DNA of 64,000 nucleotides, taken from NCBI GenBank assembly GCA_963976765.1, contig CAXBME010000027.1:1-64000 (forward strand), written 5' to 3'. A model generated the notes under the pieces. The model did no database searches. It worked only from the letters and a program-made list of their open reading frames with translations, and was not told the DNA's origin. This document shows positions 17,207-27,800 of the stretch, one piece after another. A program made the position numbers and the translations under genes. This stretch comes from an uncultured Planctomycetaceae bacterium. GTDB lineage: Bacteria > Planctomycetota > Planctomycetia > Planctomycetales > Planctomycetaceae. Positions within the stretch are counted from its first letter, which is position 1, and each line of letters begins with the position of its first letter.

Positions 17207-19836
17207 TGCTGATATACCTTCTGGCGTCGTTGAAACGCTTCCACGCCGCCTTCCATGATGTTGACAATTGCCTGGCTGGTTGCCGTGCGATCCAGACTTC
17301 CTGATTCGTGGTCGTATCGACCATGTTCTACTTCCCGGCAGGCATGAATCTGCTCGGCATCGCCCAGGACCGGGATATTTGCGTTGTGTGTCGCGATGAC
17401 AAACTGGCATCGCTGCTTTCGCTGCAGGAGCGGCTCGACGACGTGCCGAAAGATGGTCTCGTTGTCGAGGTCGTCCTCAGGCTGATCCAGCAACATGACC
17501 GGGTAGCGATCGAGCGATGTCAGTAGCGTCAGAATTGCCGTGGCTCGCTGCCCGAGAGACAGCTTCTGGATCGGGGTCCCGTCAAATGTGATCTCTCGGC
17601 GGTCAGCGACGCGATAGGTCAGAAACTCATCCAGATTTGCGAAAAGTGCGGTCCTTAGCTTCTCCACATCGGCTGTCGCTCCGAGTGTGTCCTGCAGCTT
17701 GTCTCGGTGCTCGAAGATCGCCAGCCCATTCGTCAGTTTGGCGACGACACCTTCCCGGGACGTCTTTCTAAAGTGCGTCCCGCTGAGCTGCGATGCGATG
17801 AATGCGTCAAACCCTTCGCGGTCACCCTCGAACTGCGACTTGAGCTGAATTGCCTCGGGAACGGACTCCGCGCACTCCTTCAGAGCGGCCTCTTCCTTCC
17901 GGTGGAGTTCCCGCCGAAACCGATGCAGACTCTGAGCAGCGGTCAGTACGTTTGACAGGGCGGCCTGTTCCGCCTGAGTCCGGTTGGATGCCGCATGCAA
18001 CAGCTTCACGAGCTGTCCGTGGCGCGACTTCATTTTCCGGTAGGCATCGAGGTCCAGTCCCGGAGCATCGATGTCGCGAAGGAGCTGGCTGAAGCCTTCC
18101 TGCTCTGCTCGCTCAGATTCCTGGATGCTGGCAAAGATGCCACCAAGTTCCGTCGCGACGCCTTGCAGGCCCGTGATCAGACGGTCGTAATCCGTCTTCA
18201 GCGATTGAACGGTTTCCAGCAGTTTCGCCAACCGCCCTGCCGGCTGTTTCAGCGTTTCACTCTTCAGCACCGGCCAGTCGTCCAGGATTCCGTGCCAGTC
18301 GGTGTCGAGTTGCCCAGTGTGATTACGAAACTCCTCGATCTGGTCGCGCAGGTCAGCGACGACACGACGATCCGCATCGAAGACCGTCAACGCCGCGAGC
18401 TGCTGATCGACGCCCTTCTTCGCGTAGACCTCAAGCTGGTGCTTGAGCTTCTCTTCTTCCTGAGCGTATTCGTCGTCGAGACCTTTGGCCTTCAAAACGG
18501 TCTGGTACTCGGTAACTGCCTGCCGGACTGCCAGCGTGAGCTGCTCTTCCTGATGCTGGTCGTCGGGAGTCGTCGATCCCGTCAGCATGGCAAAGAACTC
18601 GGTTTCAAAGCCTTCATGCCTGTTTCCAAGGTCTTTCTGGCCGAAGTACAACACGTTTGGGAACACGTCCCGAGGACGCAGTCGGGTTGACTGACCTTCC
18701 AAAGTTACCTGCGGGTCAAACCCCAGTGGACGGCGAACTTCGACAGTCTGGTCATGCTCATTCAGACCGGTGACAATGACTTCCCCGCCGTTGGCGAGCA
18801 TCGCCTTGACGAGATCGTTTTTGTACCTCGCATCAGCGTTCTGGCCGGGCTCGAATGCCAACGCGTACCGCAGGCATTCAATGACGCTCGACTTCCCGCT
18901 ACCACGTGAGCCAATCAACGTCGTCAGCTGTTCCGAAAGGCCATATTCCTGTCCACCCAGCAGACCGCCCTCAAAGCGAACCGAATGTAACATTGGGCCA
19001 CAGCGTTCCTCAGGAGCGTTACTTCGGACTCGTTGAACATGATCAGTCAACGCAAACTTCACCGACTCGAAGCTCAGATCGCCGACTTTCAACCAGCAGG
19101 ATTGCCCGGACTTACCGACTTCCTCGATGCTGTCGCGTGGGTCTGACCCTTCAACAAAGGCCGGCACCGTCGCTCCTGGCCAGTTCTGCTTGACGTAGTC
19201 GGGGTCCTTCACTTTCTGCAGGCCCGAAACGCGTCGCCAGAGGTCACCGCAATTCTCAATCGCGTGACCGAGAGCCCCCCAACCCAATTCACTGATCAGG
19301 CCGTTGTCCGAATCAACGTGTGCAAAGACTACGAAATAGTCTTTGCCGTATGACTCCAGTTCCTGCAGACATCCTTTCAGATCGTGTTTGGTCCGAGCCC
19401 CCTCATCAGGTGATGTTGTGAACTCCGCTTTCAGGAACCGCTCAATTCCGTCCCCCGCTGCCTGGTCATCAACCCAGTCCGGCGAAAAGACAATCAGCGT
19501 GTGAACTCCCTGGCCCGCGTTGACGCCGAGTTCAAGGCCAGGCAGGACGAGAATGCCCTCCTTGCGTGCCTTCCTCCGTAGGGACTTGAACTCACCCGCA
19601 TCGAAAAAGTTGTGATTGGTGATCACGGCCACGCGAATATTTTCAGCGACAAGACGTGCAACCCACTCTTTCGCAAACTCGCCTTCTGGATGTTCGCGGT
19701 CGCGAAATTCCGCACGGAACTTACTCCGCGAGACACCTGGCTCCTTGAGCGTGTGCAAGTGGAAATCCGCACGGACCCACTCGGCACCTCGGGAGAATGT
19801 GGTTGTTGAGCTGGTTTCAGACATCATCAAACTCAT
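17173..19836 (-). CDS. PHP-domain + SMC/ABC-like ATPase (Ppl/TrlF-like defence protein)
   Basis: ADFHLHT, ITNHN, GSD; Walker A GSRGSGKS, coiled coil, LSLGQR, DQPEDDLDN, ATHN. Confidence 0.85.
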   Translation of the reverse strand: MSLMMSETSSTTTFSRGAEWVRADFHLHTLKEPGVSRSKFRAEFRDREHPEGEFAKEWVARLVAENIRVAVITNHNFFDAGEFKSLRRKARKEGILVLPGLELGVNAGQGVHTLIVFSPDWVDDQAAGDGIERFLKAEFTTSPDEGARTKHDLKGCLQELESYGKDYFVVFAHVDSDNGLISELGWGALGHAIENCGDLWRRVSGLQKVKDPDYVKQNWPGATVPAFVEGSDPRDSIEEVGKSGQSCWLKVGDLSFESVKFALTDHVQRVRSNAPEERCGPMLHSVRFEGGLLGGQEYGLSEQLTTLIGSRGSGKSSVIECLRYALAFEPGQNADARYKNDLVKAMLANGGEVIVTGLNEHDQTVEVRRPLGFDPQVTLEGQSTRLRPRDVFPNVLYFGQKDLGNRHEGFETEFFAMLTGSTTPDDQHQEEQLTLAVRQAVTEYQTVLKAKGLDDEYAQEEEKLKHQLEVYAKKGVDQQLAALTVFDADRRVVADLRDQIEEFRNHTGQLDTDWHGILDDWPVLKSETLKQPAGRLAKLLETVQSLKTDYDRLITGLQGVATELGGIFASIQESERAEQEGFSQLLRDIDAPGLDLDAYRKMKSRHGQLVKLLHAASNRTQAEQAALSNVLTAAQSLHRFRRELHRKEEAALKECAESVPEAIQLKSQFEGDREGFDAFIASQLSGTHFRKTSREGVVAKLTNGLAIFEHRDKLQDTLGATADVEKLRTALFANLDEFLTYRVADRREITFDGTPIQKLSLGQRATAILTLLTSLDRYPVMLLDQPEDDLDNETIFRHVVEPLLQRKQRCQFVIATHNANIPVLGDAEQIHACREVEHGRYDHESGSLDRTATSQAIVNIMEGGVEAFQRRQKVYQQWTKSVSDRNS

Positions 19837-19936
19837 ACGTGGCTATTGTTTTGTCACGGTTGGCAGGGAGTCTATCGCCTGCAAGCCGTGACTTCCGCTG
19901 TGTCAGACTTTCGGACACAGCGCTGTCAGGCGTTGT

Positions 19937-22900
19937 TCATTCGGCCGCATCCGGTGTCGTGGCCTGATTGTCGTGGGCAGCTTTCTTCCGTCGTTTCGTG
20001 GCTTTCTTCTTTGTGGCTTTCTTACGTTTCTTCTTTACCGGTGCAGCGTCGGGGAAGAGTAGTTTTTCCTCGGCGGTGGCCAGTAGTGATTTTCGCTGTG
20101 ACACTCGCTCAGGATTCTCAGCCTCGTAGGTGGTACGCGCGGCCGCCTCATCAGGAGCGAGGAGGCGGAATTCGACTCCCTGTTTCTGCAGCACGGCCAG
20201 TTCCAGCTCGTAGCAGCGGTACGGTTCCGCCGACCAGATGCCGGGTTCCAGCAGACGCAATTCCTTCAGCGGGTCGTCGTGTTTGCGGAGGCGGCGTTTG
20301 ACTTCTTTTTCGATCGCCTCAACCGCTTCGTCGGAGTGGTCGGCGACGAAGGCGTCGCGGTGTTCCACGTCTCCACCGTCGCCTCGGTACGGAGATTCTT
20401 CGATCCGGAAGTCCGGACCGATTTCGTCCTGCAGGCGGAGTTCCCAGGCCCAGGCTCGCGCGGGGTGGTATTTCCAGAAGCAGCCGTGGGCGACTCCCAG
20501 CGACGGGTCTTTCTGACATTTTTCGTCGACGCGGGTCGGCCAGTAGCGCATGGCCAGGTGGGACCAGTCGTAGTCCTTCTTGCCCTTGCTCAGAGCCAGT
20601 TCGGTCCACCACTTCTGCGGGTCTTTCCACTGTGGAGCCAGCAGCGGCCACAGGGCGGCGCTGTTGATCATCACGCCGTCGTCCAGGTCCGGAGCGTACG
20701 ACGCGCTGACCTCGCGGGGCGGGCACTTTTTCGCATCCGGCGAGGTCGGGGGCGGGCCGTGGTCGGCACAGTGTTCTACCTGAGCGATGAACTCGGCGAG
20801 TTCTTCGCGCCACTTCTTCACGTCACTGAAGCGGTCGGCGGCGGCGCGGGCGGCTTTTTGATCGGCTCCGTCGCGGGCGGTCCGCAGGTCGTCGAGTTCT
20901 CCGTCGAGACGTGTCAGAGTCGGAGCCAGGTGATCGGCCAGCAGCACCCGCAGTGTGGACTCGTCCCAGCGGTGGATGGTGACCCACGCGACGAACGTCT
21001 TTTTCGCCGACGACAGCGGCCAGTGAATCGGCCGGTTCTCGTACATCTGCCGATGCACGTCGCTGAAGAATTTCTCACGCAGCCAGTCGCGGACGGGCAT
21101 GTGCTGTTTCTTTCCCGAGGTGATGTCCGGCCCGTACGTCTCCCACGAGTCGAGAATGATTTTCGCCGCCGGATGCCCGAGCGAGTCCCGCAGATCGTGA
21201 CCATCGAGTGTCCCGTCGAGAAACAGGATGCCATGCGGGAGAGCGTCCGTGAGCGGCAAGGCGCTAGCCGCCGGTTTTGCGCTGTCTGATGTCACATCGG
21301 AGCGTGATGCCGATTTCGCGAACGCGTCACCGGCGGCTAGCGCCTTGCCGCTCACAGGCTCGGCAGGGTGGCACGTCCCTGAGCTTGCGAAGGGCGTGGT
21401 GGTGCTGGGATCGTCGCTCTCGCCACGCCCATCGCCGGGGGCTCTGGGACGTGCCACCCCGGTGTCCGGATCGAGAATCCCTTCGCCGTTGGCGTCGAAG
21501 CGTCCGAGGGCGACGCCGAGGGCGAAGCTGACATGATCGGTGGGCGGCTCGGGGTCGAGTTCTTCGACGTACTCGGGCAGCGGCGAGTTCTCGGGTCGAT
21601 CCACGGCGACCTGCGCCCACGCCTGAGCCGCGCGCCACGGCGACGGCCCCGGCTGCCGGAACTCGACCGACGCCTCACGGTGCGATTCGTGGACCGTGAA
21701 CGCTGCTTCCACCTGAGCGAAGATGTCCTCCGCGTTCGCGATCGGGAACAGCGGCAGGCGGTTCACGTCGGAGTTTTGAAAGTCCAATCCTGGGCTAAGT
21801 GATTCAATAATCCTCTTCGCGCGAGCAGAGTTCAGCATGCATAGGTAACGTGGAATTTCACTCTGCGAAGGGAAAAGTGACGACCCCTTTTTTCCGACAA
21901 GTGATGGAAACCGATGCTGGCGCGCGATGAAGTCATTGCCGATCATTGAGAAGGCAATACCGAGGTGATAGTAATGCTCAGGATTACCAAAACGCGGACT
22001 GGCCGAGACATCACGAAAGGACTTAATTGGAAGACCTCCCTGACGCCAACTAACCGCCCATTGCGTGGGATCGAACCAGCCTAAGCCTTTTGCACCCTGA
22101 ATGAAGAATGGCCATGCATGTCGCGTGGTGGTGTCATTCCTGACCTCGTAAACACGTCGGGTGAATCGGACATCATCTCCTGTGATGATCCCGGCTTCTG
22201 CAGGGTAGGATGCTCCAATCATGTTCCCTTGGCGAAATAGATCGAGAGTTTCTGCGTCCCACCAATACACAAGTGGAGTCCCCTCGATCGTGCTGAACTC
22301 GACTTGCGAAAACTTCGAGGTGCCGCAACCCGCTAACGTCGCAGCGAGTTTTCTACTCGTGCGTTGGCGGTCATAGGCCGCAGCTCCGAGCAAGGTCGGT
22401 TGTTGAGCAACGCTATAGGTAATAGTAGATGCCGGTCGGCAACTCCGAAATATGGTTACCGCCACCGACAACAAGTCATTTGGAACTTCGTCGAACGCAC
22501 CAACGGCAAAGTCACCAAATGCGCGAAGGTCAAACCGTTTGAGCGCCCATTCACGTAGCTCTTGGTATTGCTGCAAAAACATCCAGTTTCGCATCGTCAG
22601 CATCGACGACACGCCGCCCTCGCGGACCAGCTCCAGACCGCGTAACAGGAACGCCGCGAACAGGTCGGCTTTCCCCAGCGGGTATGTCTCCTGAATGTAT
22701 TTCCCCGCCGCCATCTTCGACGTGCCCTGATACGGCGGGTTGGCCACGACCAGGTCATACGAGCCCTCGCGGACCATCCGCACAAACCGGACGCCGGCGG
22801 CGAGCTGTTCTCCATACAGACGCAGGCCGAGTTCGTCCGCGCGGGTGTGACGCTGCAGAAACGACTCCAGCGCCGTCAGCACGCCCACCGCCACACGCTC

Positions 22901-24829
22901 GCGCGAGAACTCAAACTTGTGCTGCTCCACCCGGCCGTCGGGGAACAGGTTCAACTGCTTCACGCTCTCGCCCCAGTCTTCCCAGCCGAGACTGCGTTCG
23001 AACTCGCCAATGGCCGTGTCGATCGCCGCGTCGACCTTGAGCAGGCTGCCGAGGTGATCGGCTCCGGCCAGCGCCTGCACGATCGAGTCCGTCAGCGCCG
23101 CCGGGATGCCCGACTCCTGCTCGACCGTCTGCCGCAGCTCGACCAGCGCCGGGTCGTTGTCCGGCAGACTCCCCAGCCGCAGGTTCGACGCCACCAGATT
23201 GAGCTGCCGGGGTTTGGCCTCGGGACACACCTGCTGAGCCTTCAGCCACAACGCCGCCGCCGCAATCTGCACCGCCCGCGGATCAAGATCGATCCCATGC
23301 AGGTTGTGTTCGAGGATGCGTTCGGTGATTTCTTGCGGGCTGAGGGGCAAGCGGTGAGGGACGAGGGAGCTGCCTTCGCCTTCGGACCGCAGGTCCGAAC
23401 TTTGTCCCCTCTCCCCCGCCGATCGACTTCCCTCGCGCACTGCGGCGGGATGCGGGGGGAGAGGGTTAGGGTGAGGGGGCGCTGATTGAGCGGATTCCGG
23501 CCCCCTCACCCCAGCCCTCTCCCCCGAATTGGAGTCGTGGGAGGTTGCCGAGCCGTCTGTCGGGGGAGAGGGGGCGGAAACATCGCTGCCGCGATGTCGT
23601 GCCTCTTCCTCATAAAGCGCGAACAGCAGATCGAACGCGACGACCAGGAAATGCCCCGAGCCGACCGCCGGGTCCAGAATCTTCAGGTCGCGGACGCTGT
23701 CGGGTGCGTGTTCGACGGCGTCGTCGGGGATCGGCTGCGGGACGTAATACGCCCAGCGGCGTTCCATGTCCGTGTGCAGCGGCATCAGCTCGGTCAGCGA
23801 GACGCCAGGCAGCGCGTCTTCGTCGAACTCACGTGGGGCAGGTTTGGAACTTGCCTTCGAATTCGCTGACTTTGGGACGTCAGGCAGGTTGGAAACCTGC
23901 CCCACGGCGGCCTGTCGTTCGTCGCGCTTCGCCCGCCACTCGACTCGGCGGCGTTCGAGTTCGTCCAGCACGCCGAGTGACTCGACCTCGGCCGTCCAGC
24001 CGTGCTTTTTGCACATGGCCAGCCACATCGGGCCGAGGCTGTTCTGCAGCAGCCAGTCGACCATGTACCGCTCGGTAAACATCTGCGTTTTTGAGGCGAT
24101 CTCGTGCGGCTCGATCTTGCCGCCGTCGTTGATCTTGTCGTCGAGTGCCTCGCGATCTGGATCGTTCCAGTATTGGTAGACCCAGCCCAGCGTCATGTCG
24201 TCGGTCCAGCAGCTTTCCAGTTCCGGATCGTCGAACGCTTCCACCACGCGCCGCAACACCGAGGCCGGCACCGGCACCAGATCAGCAATCCCCGCCGAGC
24301 CGTACAGACCCGGCAGATCAATCGCCAGGTCCTCGAAGATCAGCCGCAGCAGAAAGGCGTACCCTTCGGACGGATCGCCCTGATGCCGACACAGGTCGGT
24401 CGCGAACTCACGAAAATCCTTGTAGCCGGGACTGTTCCACCCGCCAGTCACGACCTTCGGCTTCCGCAGCCCGGTGGCTTCCATGATGCGGAGAATGACC
24501 AGCCGGTTAAGCAGCGTATAAGCCGCCTGCTTCTCGACTTGCCTCAGAAAATCGTCCGTCGAGCGTTTGAGCTTCCCGGTCTCCGCCCGAGTCTGCTCGG
24601 CCAGCCAGTCTTCCAGCCGCCGCCGCTTCGCCCGGCGTTCCTCATTCAGGGACGTGTTCTGCACACGCCCGATACTGAGCTGATATTCTCGCTCAGTCTC
24701 CTCGCGCAAAGCCAGCAGCAGCGCCCCACGCAGCCCCTTGTCGGTGCCGTTTTCAGTCCCGCGAATGACCTTGCGCAATTTCGCCTTCGCTTCAGGCGTC
24801 ATGCGGCTGTCCTGTGATGTGTCTGACAT
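19937..24829 (-). CDS. pglX: BREX adenine methyltransferase PglX/BrxX
   Basis: TQMFTERYMV, LDPAVGSGHF, NPPY, RPIHW, DLDDGVMIN. Confidence 0.92.
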   Translation of the reverse strand: MSDTSQDSRMTPEAKAKLRKVIRGTENGTDKGLRGALLLALREETEREYQLSIGRVQNTSLNEERRAKRRRLEDWLAEQTRAETGKLKRSTDDFLRQVEKQAAYTLLNRLVILRIMEATGLRKPKVVTGGWNSPGYKDFREFATDLCRHQGDPSEGYAFLLRLIFEDLAIDLPGLYGSAGIADLVPVPASVLRRVVEAFDDPELESCWTDDMTLGWVYQYWNDPDREALDDKINDGGKIEPHEIASKTQMFTERYMVDWLLQNSLGPMWLAMCKKHGWTAEVESLGVLDELERRRVEWRAKRDERQAAVGQVSNLPDVPKSANSKASSKPAPREFDEDALPGVSLTELMPLHTDMERRWAYYVPQPIPDDAVEHAPDSVRDLKILDPAVGSGHFLVVAFDLLFALYEEEARHRGSDVSAPSPPTDGSATSHDSNSGERAGVRGPESAQSAPPHPNPLPPHPAAVREGSRSAGERGQSSDLRSEGEGSSLVPHRLPLSPQEITERILEHNLHGIDLDPRAVQIAAAALWLKAQQVCPEAKPRQLNLVASNLRLGSLPDNDPALVELRQTVEQESGIPAALTDSIVQALAGADHLGSLLKVDAAIDTAIGEFERSLGWEDWGESVKQLNLFPDGRVEQHKFEFSRERVAVGVLTALESFLQRHTRADELGLRLYGEQLAAGVRFVRMVREGSYDLVVANPPYQGTSKMAAGKYIQETYPLGKADLFAAFLLRGLELVREGGVSSMLTMRNWMFLQQYQELREWALKRFDLRAFGDFAVGAFDEVPNDLLSVAVTIFRSCRPASTITYSVAQQPTLLGAAAYDRQRTSRKLAATLAGCGTSKFSQVEFSTIEGTPLVYWWDAETLDLFRQGNMIGASYPAEAGIITGDDVRFTRRVYEVRNDTTTRHAWPFFIQGAKGLGWFDPTQWAVSWRQGGLPIKSFRDVSASPRFGNPEHYYHLGIAFSMIGNDFIARQHRFPSLVGKKGSSLFPSQSEIPRYLCMLNSARAKRIIESLSPGLDFQNSDVNRLPLFPIANAEDIFAQVEAAFTVHESHREASVEFRQPGPSPWRAAQAWAQVAVDRPENSPLPEYVEELDPEPPTDHVSFALGVALGRFDANGEGILDPDTGVARPRAPGDGRGESDDPSTTTPFASSGTCHPAEPVSGKALAAGDAFAKSASRSDVTSDSAKPAASALPLTDALPHGILFLDGTLDGHDLRDSLGHPAAKIILDSWETYGPDITSGKKQHMPVRDWLREKFFSDVHRQMYENRPIHWPLSSAKKTFVAWVTIHRWDESTLRVLLADHLAPTLTRLDGELDDLRTARDGADQKAARAAADRFSDVKKWREELAEFIAQVEHCADHGPPPTSPDAKKCPPREVSASYAPDLDDGVMINSAALWPLLAPQWKDPQKWWTELALSKGKKDYDWSHLAMRYWPTRVDEKCQKDPSLGVAHGCFWKYHPARAWAWELRLQDEIGPDFRIEESPYRGDGGDVEHRDAFVADHSDEAVEAIEKEVKRRLRKHDDPLKELRLLEPGIWSAEPYRCYELELAVLQKQGVEFRLLAPDEAAARTTYEAENPERVSQRKSLLATAEEKLLFPDAAPVKKKRKKATKKKATKRRKKAAHDNQATTPDAAE
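21249..21355. repeat. REP-like inverted repeat pair, in frame inside pglX
   Basis: Perfect 27-bp IR gtgagcggcaaggcgctagccgccggt at 21249-21275 and 21329-21355. Confidence 0.85.
21366..21459. repeat. REP-like imperfect inverted repeat pair inside pglX
   Basis: gggtggcacgtccc...gggcgtgg versus ccacgccc...gggacgtgccaccc. Confidence 0.8.
23406..23574. repeat. Nested CCCCTCACCC/CCCTCTCCC-type palindromic repeat cluster inside pglX
   Basis: cccctctccccc...gggggagagggttagggtgagggg...cccctcaccccagccctctccccc...gggggagagggg; encodes GERAGVRG and PHPNPLP. Confidence 0.85.
23832..23906. repeat. REP-like inverted repeat pair inside pglX
   Basis: cgtggggcaggtttggaacttgcct versus aggcaggttggaaacctgccccacg (22/25 complementary). 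Confidence 0.8.
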
Positions 24830-24856
24830 GGTTCAGTCTTCCTACTTTCCGTCTGA

Positions 24857-27800
24857 CTAAACCAGCCGGACACGTTCACCGGCTTTGACATACTCCATCA
24901 ACCGCTCTCGGATTTCGCCGACCAGGGCATCGACGTCGGCTTCGGTCTGTACTTCGCGGTTGTGGATGTTCAACGGGACTTTGCGGATCGGTACGGGCTC
25001 GACCTCGCTGCGGATTTCGTCCAGCAGGTCACCGGCTTCGTCTTCCGCCCGTTGAAGCTGAATTTCGAACGTGTCCTTGAGTGCGGACAACGCGGGGGCG
25101 ATCGCGTCGGGCGTCGTGTCGGTGGGTGCCTGGCTGATCGGTCGCAGGACACGATGACTCTGCTCGGCGGTCAGCGTGCTGAACCCGTCGCGGGATCGCA
25201 GCCGTGATCGGGCTTCGTCGGCGAGCGTTTCCTGCCAGCTCAGCAGTCGTTGACGCTCGGCGATGTAGGTCTCCCGCACTTTGTCCAGGTCGGCGTCCAG
25301 GCCACCGATGTCCTGCCACGGCCGATCGCTGGCCAGGTGACTGCGGATCAGCTCGACAGTCGGGTCGTCCTTTGCCAGCACGCCCGTGTCGCAGAGTTGG
25401 GTGATCTGGTGCAGCTGGATGTTCGCCGCATCCTTCACCGCGCGAATGGCGTCGTCAGTCAGCTCGGCATCGAACAGGTTGAGCATCTTCAGACCATCGC
25501 TGAGTGCGTCGAGATGCTTCTTCACCATCAGCACTGTGGGCTTGGTCTGCCGACAGGATTTGACGCAGCCTTCCAGCGCATCGGTCAGGCGGTCGAGTTC
25601 CTGCGGTGACTTGCGTTCGCCAGGCAGGCTGTCCAGACGCGCGAACACTTTTCGCAGCTTCTCGGCCTGCGGCACAAAGTGTTGAGCCACGGCGTCGGCG
25701 ATCGCGACAGGTTCGCGGTCCATCTCGTGATGCAGAGTCTCGGCAAAGAACCGGCAGATGCGGTTGATGTTTTTCTTACCGATGTCGTCGTCACCGGCGG
25801 GAAAGATGGTCGCACGTCGGAAGGGGCGGTCCTTGTCGAACAGGTCACGGACTCCCGCGTCGCGAGTCGCGGTGATTTCCGGGCCGCCCTCCGGCTGGAT
25901 GCGAATCTGCCCGCCTCGCAGCAGACCGGCCACGCAGGCTCGGACGAGTTCCGTCGTGTACCCGTACGGCGGACCTTCGAAGGCTTTCAGCAGCCCGGTC
26001 CCGCTGATGCCGCCTTCAGTTCGGATACTCTCCAGAATCCGCTGCGGAACGACTCCGTGACACGACGGGACATAGCGGCCGCCGTCGAGTTCCAGGATGC
26101 CCAGCGGGTCGATGAACTTCGGTGACGGTGCCGAGAGTTCCGGCTCGATGAGCTGCAGAACTTCTGACGGCTGGATCGGTGTCGGTTCGAAGCTGGGGAA
26201 CAGGTCGGGCAGCACGCGCGTCGCGGCGGCCTGCAACACGGTGGAAAACGAGGCTCCCAGGTCGGACGGCGAATACGGCTTGCTGCGGAAGTAGGGTCGC
26301 CCTTTCAGCCAGGCTCCGGCCACGACCTGCCGAATCTGCGACTGCAGTTCCTCCTTGCGGTTGATTTCCTGAGTCAGCAGCACCTTGCGTGCGGAGTTGA
26401 GCGACTCCTTACGGGGTTCGTACTTCTCGATCATCCGCGAGGACTGCAGCAGTTGCCGCGCGATCTGCTCCATCTCGTCGGTGTCGCCACAGACCCAGAC
26501 GATGCGGTCACGCAGGGCACTCTCGTCGCTGTGTTTGATCCAGTTGCTTTCGGCCTGCTCGGACGTCGGCACGAAACGGAAATCGATCTGCACCGATGCG
26601 GCATCGCGCGGGTCGGCGATTGTGTCGTCATCCGCGCGGCGTCCGTCCGAGTACTTTGCCGACCACGGAAAGTGCCGTCCCTGAAACTTCGGTCGGTCGA
26701 GGTCGCCCATCAGCAGTTTCAGGACGTCCTGAATCGTCGAGCTGATGGACTCGCGACCGACTCCCACGTCACGCCGGTCACGCTCCCATTCTTCACCGGC
26801 TGTGGACTGGATGCGGTAGCCCTCTTTTTCGGAGAAGGCCAGCAGGTTGTCGCGACGCAGCGATTCGAGGGCCTCGGTGACGGCGGCCGTCTGGTTGCCG
26901 CGATCAATCCTGTCGAACAGACACTGCGAGACGAGCTTCGCATCAGTGGCCTGCGTGTCCTGAATCAGCTCCAGCAGTGCGACGGCTTTGGCGGCTCTGA
27001 CACGCAGGTTGGACGTGTCACCGGCGCACTCGTGGATGATGCGAGCCATGCTCTGCTGCACGTCAGAATCCAGAGCGGTGTGCTGGACCTCGTAAATCCG
27101 GTCGAGCGTCACGAGGTGTCCGACTGGATCATCAGCCAGCTTCTGACTGCGGAACAACTCGCCAAGAAGTTGCAGCAATCCGCGGATCGCCTGGTCGTCT
27201 CCCTGAGCCCGTGCGGATCGCGTCCGCAGCGCCGTCGTGATCTGCAGCAGCAGGTCGATCTGACCCGGCAGCATCGGGTAGACCTCGACGAACTCATCCG
27301 CCGAGACGTTTTCGCAGCCGTAAGCGAACAGCTTGAGATCGGGTCGGTGCTGGTCGAACAGGCCGCGCAACAGTGTTTCGCCCGCTTTCGTTTTCTGCAG
27401 CAGCCGCTTGTGGACGACGTCGCGAATGTTGGTCGGAGCCAGGTGAACCCGCAGCTTCGGCGGGAAGCGATCTTTGGCCCAGCTCAACCACGAGTCGTCC
27501 ATCTCCTGGTCGATCTTCTGCTGGCCGAGTGCGAGCAGCCACGCGTCGCCTTTCAGTTCGGAACCGAGTTCGCTGGCGAAGGCCCGCAGGCGGTCGACTC
27601 GGTCCTTGCTCGCGACCACGTACTGCGACACTTCGTCGATCACAATGAACAGCGTTGATCCGGCTCGCCGCAGTGACATCATGTCCCGGATGGCGTGAAC
27701 GGCGTCGCGCGGAGCGGCCGAGGCCTGATACGTGCCGGCCCGACTCGTGTACCACGCCATCGGGTCGGGGTAGTGATCCGGGAACATCGTCGACAGGACC

